A stretch of 64,000 nucleotides of DNA from Desulfobacterales bacterium (GTDB taxonomy: Bacteria > Desulfobacterota > Desulfobacteria > Desulfobacterales > UBA5852), in the NCBI GenBank assembly GCA_963674755.2, contig CAXXVS010000002.1, forward strand, positions 64,001 to 128,000, read 5' to 3'. This document shows, in pieces, positions 10,511 through 18,715 of this stretch. The notes below the pieces were generated by a model. The model was not told the origin of the DNA. It saw only the letters and a program-made list of their open reading frames with translations, and ran no database searches. The number at the start of each line of letters is the position of its first letter. Position 1 is the stretch's first letter. The position numbers and the translations under genes are program-made.

Positions 10511-11369
10511 CTATCCATTCAGTTATTTCATGTTGCACTTCCGGCAGCAGGGAATAGTTTCTTGGATAGCAGAGACTGTATGCCGGCAGGTGTTGCGTCA
10601 TATCTGCCATGCTGTCGAACAGGGCTATATTTTTTTTCTGATCCGTTACATCGAGTTGGAATGATTGTTTTATCAGGTTCATCAAGGCGGTTTGTTTGCT
10701 GATCGGCGAAATGTTTATTTGGCTGTTGTTCTTGCAAGCATCTCGATCTTCAAGAATGAAGACAGCCTTTAGCGGAAGCACCGTATTGATGGTCTCGCTG
10801 CCGGAGGTGAGCCGTTTTTTGGATGAATAGTATGCCATCGGCGCTAGTGCGGGGGCGGTTGCAAAAAGCGCTTCCAAGGAATCCGGCCAAAGCCTTGGGC
10901 CTGCGTCGAATGGCGTCAGCGTCACATGCCGGTTTTCCAGGTTGAGCTGGATGCAGTCGTCGGCCAGCAAGGGCGTTCCCTGCTGATGAAAGGCAGCGGC
11001 CAGGGTCGATTTGCCGTAGCCTGTCTCACCGATGAAGGCCACGGCTTGATCATCGATGGACACGGCGCTGGCGTGGACCATGATATGGCCCTGGTGGCTC
11101 AAGATCCGCGGCAGGACCTGGTCCCCAAAATAGTGGTCGATGGTGTCCTGGGTCGCATCGGACGCCGGATGGCACACAATATCCAGGCCGTTTTCTGAAA
11201 CGAGAAAGTCGGTCTGGTCCGGGAACCTCAGGAGATAGCCGAAGGCGGAGCGGGCCAGGGAGAGGGTGATTTCGCCATCGGGCAATTTCCAGTGGTGGAT
11301 CCAGCGATGGTTCCCATCGCCGGATAATCTTGTATTTTTAATGTTGAATTTTAAATTGGGGGGAATCAA
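10500..11369 (-). CDS. HPr-kinase-like lasso peptide kinase (PadeK/ThcoK/PsmK type)
   Basis: HASAV...FIGETGYGKSTLAA (Walker A) and LLADDCI; located next to the precursors. The TTG start is uncertain. Confidence 0.8.
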   Translation of the reverse strand: MIPPNLKFNIKNTRLSGDGNHRWIHHWKLPDGEITLSLARSAFGYLLRFPDQTDFLVSENGLDIVCHPASDATQDTIDHYFGDQVLPRILSHQGHIMVHASAVSIDDQAVAFIGETGYGKSTLAAAFHQQGTPLLADDCIQLNLENRHVTLTPFDAGPRLWPDSLEALFATAPALAPMAYYSSKKRLTSGSETINTVLPLKAVFILEDRDACKNNSQINISPISKQTALMNLIKQSFQLDVTDQKKNIALFDSMADMTQHLPAYSLCYPRNYSLLPEVQHEITEWIDGM

Positions 11370-11552
11370 TAGAAGCTATATTTGAATACAGTATGTTGAA
11401 TTCTGAATTGCCGGAAAAAACCCTTAATAAGTTTGAGTTATGGGTATATAAATTCATACTTTATGAAGCGGTGTTAGTGGTATTAATTTACTGCGTTCCC
11501 CCGAGTGGTGATGCTATCGCGGTCAGCGAACTTTTTTGGGATACGACAACGA

Positions 11553-11717
11553 TCAGGAACGTCTACCCGGATCATCCCGATGCCACCAACCTTCACGCCA
11601 TCCCCTTGATCCAGCGGCGGTCAATTCGCGGATGTTGCCATACTCTCTTAGAGATGGGCTTTGGTACGTTTTCTTAAGTTCCTCGTTTGACAATATTTTT
11701 CCTTCGGCGATTTTCAT
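11553..11717 (-). CDS. Lasso peptide precursor A2 (54 aa): MKIAEGKILSNEELKKTYQSPSLREYGNIRELTA|AGSRGWREGWWHRDDPGRRS
   Basis: Manual translation. Leader has YxxPxL (YQSPSL), the conserved G, and Thr at -2. Core has Glu8 and a C-terminal Ser. An alternative in-frame ATG lies at 11729. Confidence 0.9.
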   Translation of the reverse strand: MKIAEGKILSNEELKKTYQSPSLREYGNIRELTAAGSRGWREGWWHRDDPGRRS

Positions 11718-11803
11718 TTTTAAACCCATCTTTTATTGTTGGATACGGGGTTATGAGTTTTGAACGTGGAGTGATGTGTTTGAGATTGCCAGCAAGTTTT
11801 AGC

Positions 11804-11959
11804 TCAGGGGTACCGATGCCTTTGCTGTGGCCAGTTTTCTGGTTTTCGGCCTGAGCCGCCGGCGGTCAGGTCGCAGATGCGACCGTATTCCCTTAGCTCC
11901 GGCGGTCGGTAGTTCTTTTTAGGGCGGGTTTTCTTATTGGCGGTTATGTTGTCGGTCAT
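11804..11959 (-). CDS. Lasso peptide precursor A1 (51 aa): MTDNITANKKTRPKKNYRPPELREYGRICDLTA|GGSGRKPENWPQQRHRYP
   Basis: Manual translation. Leader has YRPPEL, the conserved G, and Thr at -2. Core has Gly1 and Glu8. Homologous to A2 (LREYGxIxxLTA). Confidence 0.9.
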   Translation of the reverse strand: MTDNITANKKTRPKKNYRPPELREYGRICDLTAGGSGRKPENWPQQRHRYP

Positions 11960-12112
11960 ATGCACAAATCGTTCTGAGGCTGCGGACGTCGCGTTATTAT
12001 CTTCCGTTATGATGGCGAATGATTACTAATTATCTTTTTGCCATTCGTAGTACCTAAGCAGGCGTTGTGTCAAATGATTACTTTTTCGGGCATCGGGCAT
12101 CAAATGCGTCAT

Positions 12113-14032
12113 TCAGCCCTCATAATTGTGGTCCTTCCATGCGATAAGCGCTGCGGCTTCCCACACGTATTGTCGATCGTTGTCCGAGGCGGCGCCGTTT
12201 TGGAAATTTTGGTTGGCCTGGCGGATTTTGGGTTCATCCACGTAGTCGCTGACTTCGGAAAGATCTTGCGTGATGGTCCGGTTCAGGTGGGTCTTGTGGC
12301 TGTTCATCAGGGCGGTGATGAATTGCCAACCCAAATGGTTTTTGTCGGTGCGAAAACAGACGTCCCGCGGCAGGTAGCGGGACATGGATCGGCGCAGGAG
12401 GTATTTCGACCACCCCCGGCGGTCTTTCTGGTCCAGGGGCAGGGAGAGGTAAAATTCCACCAAACGCCGGTCGGTGTATGGGCAGCGAGGTTCGATGCCG
12501 AACCGGGCCGCGACGCGGTCGTAGCGTTCCAGGCCCACGGTCAAGTAAGGATGGAGCAACTTTTGCGCGTGGGCCTGGATCGGGTCTTTGACCAGGCCGA
12601 TGGGGTGATGGCGCCGCAGCTGGTGGAGGCGGTCTTCGAGGCCGATCCGTTGGGCGAACTCCGGACGGATGGCCGACTCTTTCATGGCCTCACAGTAGTC
12701 GTTGCCGGCCGGCCAAAAACGGCGTTTGACCTTGCGCAGGCGGTCCGTGACAAATGCGGCCCGGGCATTGGCGTGGAGCAGGTGCCAGGGGGAATCATAC
12801 GCCCCGGCCGTGGTGTCTTTCCGGAAGGCGTCGGCCAGCACCGCGAGCCAGCGGCCCTGCCTGAGAAGGTAGGCCAAGTAGTCGGTGCCGTAAGAGCAAA
12901 GGTTGTCCCCGGCCACGCCGTCAAGCAGGGTTTTGCAGCCCTGCGCCCGGGCGGCACCGTACAGGGCGCCCGGCAGGACCATGAAGATGTCGAAAGGATT
13001 GTCCGTCGGCGCCACGGCCTGTCCGAGGTCCTCGAAAAAGGGGCCGGGTTGATTTACGGCAACCAGGTGCGATGTCTGGGTGCCGCTGTCGATGACGCGC
13101 CGGATGAAATGGGTCTCCGGGCAGGTGATGCGATCCGGCGTCACGGCGGAAAAGGTTTGCAGGCGCGTCCGGCCGGTCTGGTTTAGGATGTTGCGGCCAA
13201 TGGCCACCACCGCCGAGGAATCCATGCCGCCACTGAGCATGGAGGCCGGAGGGGTGGGGCTGCGCAGGCGGCAGCGAACGGCCTGGGTGAAAATTTCCAG
13301 AAAGGCTTCGGTGTATTGGGCGTCGGACGGCAAGAACGTTTTTTTAGTGACGTCGGGTTCCCAATAAGTCTGGGTGCGCAGGCCGTTGCGGTCCACGGTG
13401 ATCCAGCAGGCCGGCGGCAGACGATGGATGTTGGCGGAAAAGGTGCTCGTTTTGTCGATGCCCTCCAACTCGGAGACCAGAAAATCGGCGATGCGCCCTT
13501 CGTTGATCCGCAAGGGTACGGCGGGCAGGGCCCGCAAGGCGTTTTCTTCCGAGGCCAGGGCAAAGAGCCTGTTGGGCTGGTGGTGGTAATAAATCGGTTT
13601 GACCCCCAGGGCGTCCCGGGCGGCAAAGAGGCGCTGTTGGGTGCCGTCCCAGATGACAAAGGCGAAATCACCGATGAGTCTCAAGGGGGCGGCCGTGCCC
13701 CAGCACCGGTAGGCCTCGATGATCAGTTCGCCATCGCCCATGGGGGCCGCAGCGCCGGCGGCCAGGCCGAGGTTGCGAATCAATTCGTCGCGGTTGTCGA
13801 TGCGGGCATCGGCGATGATGGTCATCGGGGATAGCGAGTGGGTCAGGGGCATGTGTTCGGTGAGGGATTCCGGGGTCGTAAAAAGGGCGCCCCAGGCCAG
13901 GCCCACGGGCCCGCTGATCCAGGCGGCGCTGCCGTCCGGTCCTCGATGCGCCTGCATGTCGAGCATGAGCTGGAGATCGGCGGTCGATGCGGGCTTGTCG
14001 TTCAGGTGATATATGCCGGCGATGGCTGCCAT
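12113..14032 (-). CDS. Lasso peptide cyclase (C protein, asparagine-synthase fold)
   Basis: Starts MAAIAG and so lacks the glutaminase Cys; HRGPDG, DARIDNR, GDFAF, LSGGMDSS, DGVAGD, EPRCPYTDRRLVE. The track start at 14041 lies inside a repeat end, so 14032 is preferred. Confidence 0.9.
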   Translation of the reverse strand: MAAIAGIYHLNDKPASTADLQLMLDMQAHRGPDGSAAWISGPVGLAWGALFTTPESLTEHMPLTHSLSPMTIIADARIDNRDELIRNLGLAAGAAAPMGDGELIIEAYRCWGTAAPLRLIGDFAFVIWDGTQQRLFAARDALGVKPIYYHHQPNRLFALASEENALRALPAVPLRINEGRIADFLVSELEGIDKTSTFSANIHRLPPACWITVDRNGLRTQTYWEPDVTKKTFLPSDAQYTEAFLEIFTQAVRCRLRSPTPPASMLSGGMDSSAVVAIGRNILNQTGRTRLQTFSAVTPDRITCPETHFIRRVIDSGTQTSHLVAVNQPGPFFEDLGQAVAPTDNPFDIFMVLPGALYGAARAQGCKTLLDGVAGDNLCSYGTDYLAYLLRQGRWLAVLADAFRKDTTAGAYDSPWHLLHANARAAFVTDRLRKVKRRFWPAGNDYCEAMKESAIRPEFAQRIGLEDRLHQLRRHHPIGLVKDPIQAHAQKLLHPYLTVGLERYDRVAARFGIEPRCPYTDRRLVEFYLSLPLDQKDRRGWSKYLLRRSMSRYLPRDVCFRTDKNHLGWQFITALMNSHKTHLNRTITQDLSEVSDYVDEPKIRQANQNFQNGAASDNDRQYVWEAAALIAWKDHNYEG

Positions 14033-14033
14033 A

Positions 14034-14224
14034 GTGTCCATCCAGAAAGGGCATCTTTTAGCCCCTGGCGGCGTTCTCGCCTCCTGTCGGTCCTCGGCGT
14101 AGCCAAGCTACGCCTGTGGGCACCCACCGTTGAAGAATCAATCAGATGGGAAGTCCCGCTCAGCGGGACGCCAGTCGGCTGCGGCCTTGCCAGGAACCAA
14201 AATCTACCCTTTCTGGACGGACAC
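14034..14224. repeat. MITE/REPIN-like element, family A, copy 1
   Basis: Terminal inverted repeats gtgtccatccagaaaggg / ccctttctggacggacac (1 mismatch); internal hairpin gcgtagccaagctacgc. Confidence 0.85.
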
Positions 14225-14228
14225 TTTT

Positions 14229-14471
14229 GCTTATCCAAAAAAAGCATCTTTTAGCCCCTGGCGGCGTTCTCGCTTCCTGTCGGTCCTCGGCGTAGCCAAG
14301 CTACGCCTGTGGGCACCCACCGTTGAAGAATCAATCAGATGGGAAGTCCCGCTCAGCGGGACGCCTGTCGGCTGCGGTTTGTTGAACACCGATGTTTTTG
14401 AAGATCAGACGTGAAATCCCGCGCTGTGCTGCGGGACCGGGAACCAAAACCTACCATCTCCGGACGGACAC
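14229..14471. repeat. MITE/REPIN-like element, family A, copy 2 (tandem with copy 1, with an extra insert)
   Basis: About 130 nt nearly identical to copy 1; ends ggacggacac-TA; overlaps the 3' end of the B2 gene. Confidence 0.85.
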
Positions 14472-14955
14472 TATTCAAAAGCAAAGCGAATTTTATCCGG
14501 ACGTCCGGGTTCTCATGCAAGGGTTGGCCCTGGTATTCGACCCAGGCGTGGGCTTGAATGGTGCGGCTGTTTTTTTGGACCCCGATGCAAATGTCGCTGT
14601 CGATGCACTGACGGCGCAGCAGGCTCCAGAGGGTCAGGGAACGGGGCAGGCAGTTGGCGCGGCCGAGCCGGGTTTGAGCGGCCCGGTGGACCATTTGGGC
14701 TGCGGTCTGGGCGATATTGTCCGCGTTGGCTTGTCTTCCCCAAGGTGCTGTCTGTCGGCCGGTGACCCACGTTAGCAGATGGTGGAGCCTTTGGTAGCCC
14801 AGGGTTTTCAAACCGATCCTTACCAGGGGAAGGCTTACAAGAGCCTGGAGGAAGAACCGTTTTTCCTGGCAGGAAAGGGATTGGAATAATGACGGCCCTC
14901 TAAAAAGTCCGACCCGCCGCGATAAAGGCGGATGAATATCTGCGTTACGCTTCAT
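14353..14955 (-). CDS. Lasso peptide leader peptidase B2 (transglutaminase-like)
   Basis: NCLPRSL (Cys), CIGV and AHAWVE (His) motifs. Both termini lie within repeat elements. Confidence 0.88.
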   Translation of the reverse strand: MKRNADIHPPLSRRVGLFRGPSLFQSLSCQEKRFFLQALVSLPLVRIGLKTLGYQRLHHLLTWVTGRQTAPWGRQANADNIAQTAAQMVHRAAQTRLGRANCLPRSLTLWSLLRRQCIDSDICIGVQKNSRTIQAHAWVEYQGQPLHENPDVRIKFALLLNSVRPEMVGFGSRSRSTARDFTSDLQKHRCSTNRSRQASR

Positions 14956-15040
14956 TTCTCGCCACTGCGGCCTACGCGAAGTGCGCCTCTTTCCTCAAGA
15001 TTCGCAAGTCTTGTGGTCTCAAACGTCATACGAAACCGTC
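14891..15040. repeat. Degenerate palindromic repeat element (gacgg...ccgtc ends)
   Basis: Short inverted ends; contains ctgcgtt...ctcg and cctcaagattcgc..gtcttg, similar to cctcaggattcgccagccttg near 44550. Confidence 0.55.
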
Positions 15041-15065
15041 TGGATTTCGACTGGTCAGGAAGCCA

Positions 15066-15332
15066 TCAGGATGACCTGGCCTGTATGAGGCCTTTTTCCA
15101 GCAGCTTTGCGATGAGCTGCTCCAGGTCTGATTTCAGGGTGTCGGGGTCCACGTCGTATTGTTCAAGCAGCGATGCGAAGGCCGCTTCGACGGTCTGGCC
15201 GGAGGTGAGGGCATTGATCATGCGGGTGCCGACTTCGTCCAGACCGAAGTACATTTCCGAATCGAGATTGAGAAGGACCGCTTCCCCGTCCAACTCCCTG
15301 ATTTTTACGTAGTCCGGAAGATCGTATTTCAT
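15066..15332 (-). CDS. RiPP recognition element, lasso B1 / PqqD family (88 aa)
   Basis: MKYDLPDYVKIRELDGEAVLLNLDSEMYFGLDEVGTRM...YDVDPDTLKSDL...LLEKGLI is a typical PqqD pattern. Confidence 0.9.
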   Translation of the reverse strand: MKYDLPDYVKIRELDGEAVLLNLDSEMYFGLDEVGTRMINALTSGQTVEAAFASLLEQYDVDPDTLKSDLEQLIAKLLEKGLIQARSS

Positions 15333-15358
15333 GTCAGAGATCAATTGGTTTTTCGCTT

Positions 15359-16573
15359 CTAAGAAGTTTCCCAGGATGAAGGGGTGAAAGTCGTTTGCTT
15401 TGCATCCCTTCGTTGTTCGATCCAGTGGCGGAATTCCTTGGCCTGATCCGCCCAGCGATGGATATAGCAGGGTACCAGCGAACGATGAGCGGCGATGTTG
15501 TAACGGATGCGCATGTAGGCCGGGGGCGGCACGGCGGTCTGCAGGATCATGCGCAACGAATCGCTGAGGGAAAGGTTCGTCATGCTGCGGCGGGCGTTTT
15601 CCCATCGCGCCCCCTTATGATTCAGGCGGGTGATCAGGGTGAGGTCTTCATCGGCTGGGCGGCGATCGTGCAAGGCCTGGAAAACCGCATCCGGTAGGGC
15701 CGAGTCCAACTCGGGGGTGTCAAAGGACTGCTTGACCCGCCGCAGGGTGCGTTCTGCGGCATAGGTCCAACCGAAAGCCACGGCCTGGGTGACAAGCAGG
15801 TCCCAGTCGATGGCCTCCCGGGTAATGGATAGATACACGTCCATGGTGTGCAGGTGGGTGATTTCCGGCTCGCCATGCTGGAGTTGGGCATGGGCCATGA
15901 GGTAGAGCAAATGGGCTTCCGGTTTCAGCGTGAGGAAGCGGCCGGCCTCGATGTCGATTTCGCGGGTTTGATGATGGAACCAGGTCATTTTGGGTTCGGT
16001 CATCCAGGTATGGGGGGCGCTGAGCAGCCAGTAGTGGAGCTCCAGTGCCACGGCCCGGCCCATGCCGCCTTCGAGGACAAAGTGATGGCTGTTGTCGATG
16101 CCCTTGGCGTTCGTCTGGCTCCACAGGTGGCCGGGATCGTCTATTTTTTGAAAACCGCTGCATTCCAGGGTATGCAATGCTGGCTGCCGAAGATGGTAGG
16201 GAATCAGCACGTCGAGGTCGGCCATGGGGCGCGTCCAGGGTCTGGGGTAGACGGTGTTGGCCAGGATGCTGCCCTTGAGCCACAGGGCCGGGATGTGGGC
16301 GTCGCGGAGTGCTATATTGACCTGCTTCAGGGTGTCTTCATACATTTCATACAGGGCGGCGGTTTGCAGGGCAGCGTTTTTTACCGGCTGCCACTGTTCG
16401 CTGTCCAGTTCGACGGCCGGGACGGAGGCGTTAGCCTGTTTGATGACCCAGTAAAGCATGGGGGCCAGATCGTGGGCCAGGGCGACCTTAATGATCGGTG
16501 GCCAGTGGCCGGCCGGAATAGATGGCGGGTCGACTTGTTGGGTCAGCAGGGCGGTTAGGGTTTTTAAAACCAT
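15359..16573 (-). CDS. Nucleotidyltransferase (NTP_transf_5 family, PadeN/PsmN-like)
   Basis: LKGSILANTVYPRPWTRPMADLDVL and LELHYWL motifs. Confidence 0.85.
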   Translation of the reverse strand: MVLKTLTALLTQQVDPPSIPAGHWPPIIKVALAHDLAPMLYWVIKQANASVPAVELDSEQWQPVKNAALQTAALYEMYEDTLKQVNIALRDAHIPALWLKGSILANTVYPRPWTRPMADLDVLIPYHLRQPALHTLECSGFQKIDDPGHLWSQTNAKGIDNSHHFVLEGGMGRAVALELHYWLLSAPHTWMTEPKMTWFHHQTREIDIEAGRFLTLKPEAHLLYLMAHAQLQHGEPEITHLHTMDVYLSITREAIDWDLLVTQAVAFGWTYAAERTLRRVKQSFDTPELDSALPDAVFQALHDRRPADEDLTLITRLNHKGARWENARRSMTNLSLSDSLRMILQTAVPPPAYMRIRYNIAAHRSLVPCYIHRWADQAKEFRHWIEQRRDAKQTTFTPSSWETS

Positions 16574-16613
16574 GTTGGGGGGACTATGAATCCGTTCTTC
16601 TCAATTTTAGATA

Positions 16614-16790
16614 GTGCCTATCCATAAATGAAATGCATTTTTTGGCCCCTGCCGGTGTTCTCTGGGGCTGCGCCTGTGGGCGCCCGTCGGCTGAGGTTTG
16701 TTGAACACGGATGTGACCAAAAATCAGACGTGAAATCCCGCGTTCCGCGGTGGGACCGGAAGCCAGAATCTATCATCGCTGGATCGGCAC
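16614..16790. repeat. MITE/REPIN-like element, family A, copy 3 (degenerate)
   Basis: TA-gtgcc...ggcac-TA; shares the gttgaacac..atcagacgtgaaatcccgcg insert with copy 2; supplies the ABC gene's stop codon. Confidence 0.8.
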
Positions 16791-18650
16791 TATATAGTTG
16801 GCTGGGTTTGTCGATGCTGTTGATTCTTGGTTGTATTGGGCTCGCCAGGACCAGGCGTAGCGGCCATCGAGGGATATCAATTGTTCGTGGGTGCCGGACT
16901 CGGTTATGCGGCCGGCGCCCATGACGTGGATGATGTCGGCGTGCATGGCGGTGGTGAAGCTGTGTGTGATCACCAGGGCGGTTCGCCCCCGGGTAAGGGT
17001 GCGGAATCGGGCCAGCCAGTCAGCCTGGGCCCAGGAATCCATGAAACTGGTCGGCTCGTCCAGGACGATGATGGGCGATCGGCGCAGGAAGGCCCGGGCC
17101 AGGGCTATCCGCCGCCATTCGCCGGCGCTCAGGTCGGTGCCGCCGTCGAACCATTTCCCCAAACGCGTGTTGCCGCCGTCAGGCAGGCGTTGAACGATCT
17201 CTTCCGCGCCTGCGGCGGCAATCGCGTCGTTGAGGTCGTGCGGGCCGGGGACCGTCTGCACGCTGCCCATGGCGACGTTTTCAACTAAAGAAGCGTTGAA
17301 GCGAATAGGCTCTTGGAAGAGGACGCTTATCTGGCGCCGCAGGTCGGCGATAGCGAATTCCCGGATGTCGATGTCGTTGATGCGAATGGTCCCGGACTGG
17401 GGATCGTAGAACCGGCAGAGCAGTTTGAGCAAGGTGGTTTTGCCGGCGCCGTTGGGCCCCACGATGGCGGCTGTCTGGCCGGCGTGGATATGCAGATCCA
17501 GCTCTTCCAGTGCCGGGCGGTCGGTGCCGGGGTATCGAAAGCTTATATGGTCGAAACGAATGGCGTAGCGCTGTCGGTGGGGCATCGGTGCCGGTCGGGC
17601 AGGGTCCTTCATTCCAGGTGTCATATCCAGAAATTCGAAGAGGTTCCCCAGGAACAGGCTGTTGGAATAGAGTTCCCCCACATTGGCAAGCAGGGTCCGC
17701 ATGAGGCGCTGGCCCTGGCTGAAGGCCTGGTAGATAAGGGCCAAGTCGCCGAGGGTGTGTCGGCCGCGGGCGGTTTGCCATACCATCCAGATCATGGCCA
17801 GGCCGGTGATCAGCATAGCGGCCAGGGCGGCGCCGAATTCGGCCAGGCTGCGCCGTTTGATTAATTGGGTGAGCCGGTTGCGCAAGGTGCGGCGTACGTT
17901 CTGATAAAGGGATTTGAAACGGTCACCCAGGTCGAACAGGCGCAGTTCGGCGGCGGTTTCCCGGTCGGTGAGCAGCCAGTCATAGTACCAGCCCCGACGG
18001 CGATGGGCGGTGGATTCCAGCTGCCATTGGTGCATGAGCAGGCGGTGGTGAAGGACCACGTAAAGGGCCGGCAGGGTGCTGATAATGAGTGCGATGGGCA
18101 GCAGCCAGCCGTAGGAAAGCAGCACCCCGGCCATGGCTATGGCCGTAATGGCGGTTTGCAGCAGGCTGCCGAGGTTTTCCAGCAGGGCCACAGGGCGGTG
18201 GCCGGCGTCGTTGCGGGCCCGGTGCAGATGGTCGAAAAAATCAGGGGATTCGTAAAACGCCATGTCCACAGCCATCGATTGTTCGTGGACCAGACCGGCG
18301 ATGTAATCTTTGACCCGCTCGCCTTGAACGGTCCGCACCCAGTTGGTAAAGCCGCGCAGCAATTCGCCGAACAGCATGAGCCCGGCCATGAGCGCCACCC
18401 AGATCAGTACCGGTGTCGCCGCGGCGATGCTGACATCATTGCCGATCAGGTCGACCAGGCCGTTGACCAGAGCCCGGGTCAAGTAGACCGTGGCAACAGG
18501 CAAAAGGCCCTGGAGGACGAGCAACGTGATCCAGCCCAGCGTCCATTTCCCCGTTGCGGCACGGACCAGGGCGAAGGTGCGGGGGAGGAAGCGGAGTTGG
18601 TTGCGGAAGCGGCTCAGCCTGTCTTTTATTATGGGCAGGAGAGGGGGCAA
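16773..18650 (-). CDS. ABC exporter, fused permease and ATPase (lasso D type)
   Basis: Six-TM-like N-terminal domain; GPNGAGKTT, LSAGEWRR signature, IIVLDEPT. Confidence 0.88.
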   Translation of the reverse strand: MPPLLPIIKDRLSRFRNQLRFLPRTFALVRAATGKWTLGWITLLVLQGLLPVATVYLTRALVNGLVDLIGNDVSIAAATPVLIWVALMAGLMLFGELLRGFTNWVRTVQGERVKDYIAGLVHEQSMAVDMAFYESPDFFDHLHRARNDAGHRPVALLENLGSLLQTAITAIAMAGVLLSYGWLLPIALIISTLPALYVVLHHRLLMHQWQLESTAHRRRGWYYDWLLTDRETAAELRLFDLGDRFKSLYQNVRRTLRNRLTQLIKRRSLAEFGAALAAMLITGLAMIWMVWQTARGRHTLGDLALIYQAFSQGQRLMRTLLANVGELYSNSLFLGNLFEFLDMTPGMKDPARPAPMPHRQRYAIRFDHISFRYPGTDRPALEELDLHIHAGQTAAIVGPNGAGKTTLLKLLCRFYDPQSGTIRINDIDIREFAIADLRRQISVLFQEPIRFNASLVENVAMGSVQTVPGPHDLNDAIAAAGAEEIVQRLPDGGNTRLGKWFDGGTDLSAGEWRRIALARAFLRRSPIIVLDEPTSFMDSWAQADWLARFRTLTRGRTALVITHSFTTAMHADIIHVMGAGRITESGTHEQLISLDGRYAWSWRAQYNQESTASTNPANYIVPIQR

Positions 18651-18715
18651 GAGTTTATGTTTTAGGGTTTTAGGGAAAGTGAGGGGACGTCTATGTTTTT
18701 CAATCGTCTCCGCCC

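Noticed and set aside
11370..11552. Possible third lasso precursor between A2 and the kinase
   Set aside because: Reading the minus strand here showed no YxxPxL/Thr(-2) pattern.
11393..11763. Plus-strand ORFs 11393-11677 and 11536-11763
   Set aside because: They are antisense to the A2 precursor and have no recognisable motifs; the minus-strand peptide has clear lasso leader features.
12043..12073. TTGACA on the minus strand upstream of precursor A1
   Set aside because: No convincing -10 hexamer at 16-18 nt spacing, so it is not called as a promoter.
12038..13186. Long antisense ORFs (also 28736-30208, 33691-35634, 39028-40158, 46882-47901, 60193-61374 and others)
   Set aside because: Shadows of well-supported genes, expected in high-GC coding DNA; no motifs.
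14002..14414. Short ORFs in repeat elements (also 16628, 30872, 40187, 44155-44738, 50038-50350, 56254)
   Set aside because: They are translations of the repeated DNA; the same peptide words recur in each copy.
14034..14471. Tandem repeat considered as a CRISPR array
   Set aside because: Only two long (~190-240 nt) units, no 25-40-nt repeat/spacer pattern, and no cas genes.
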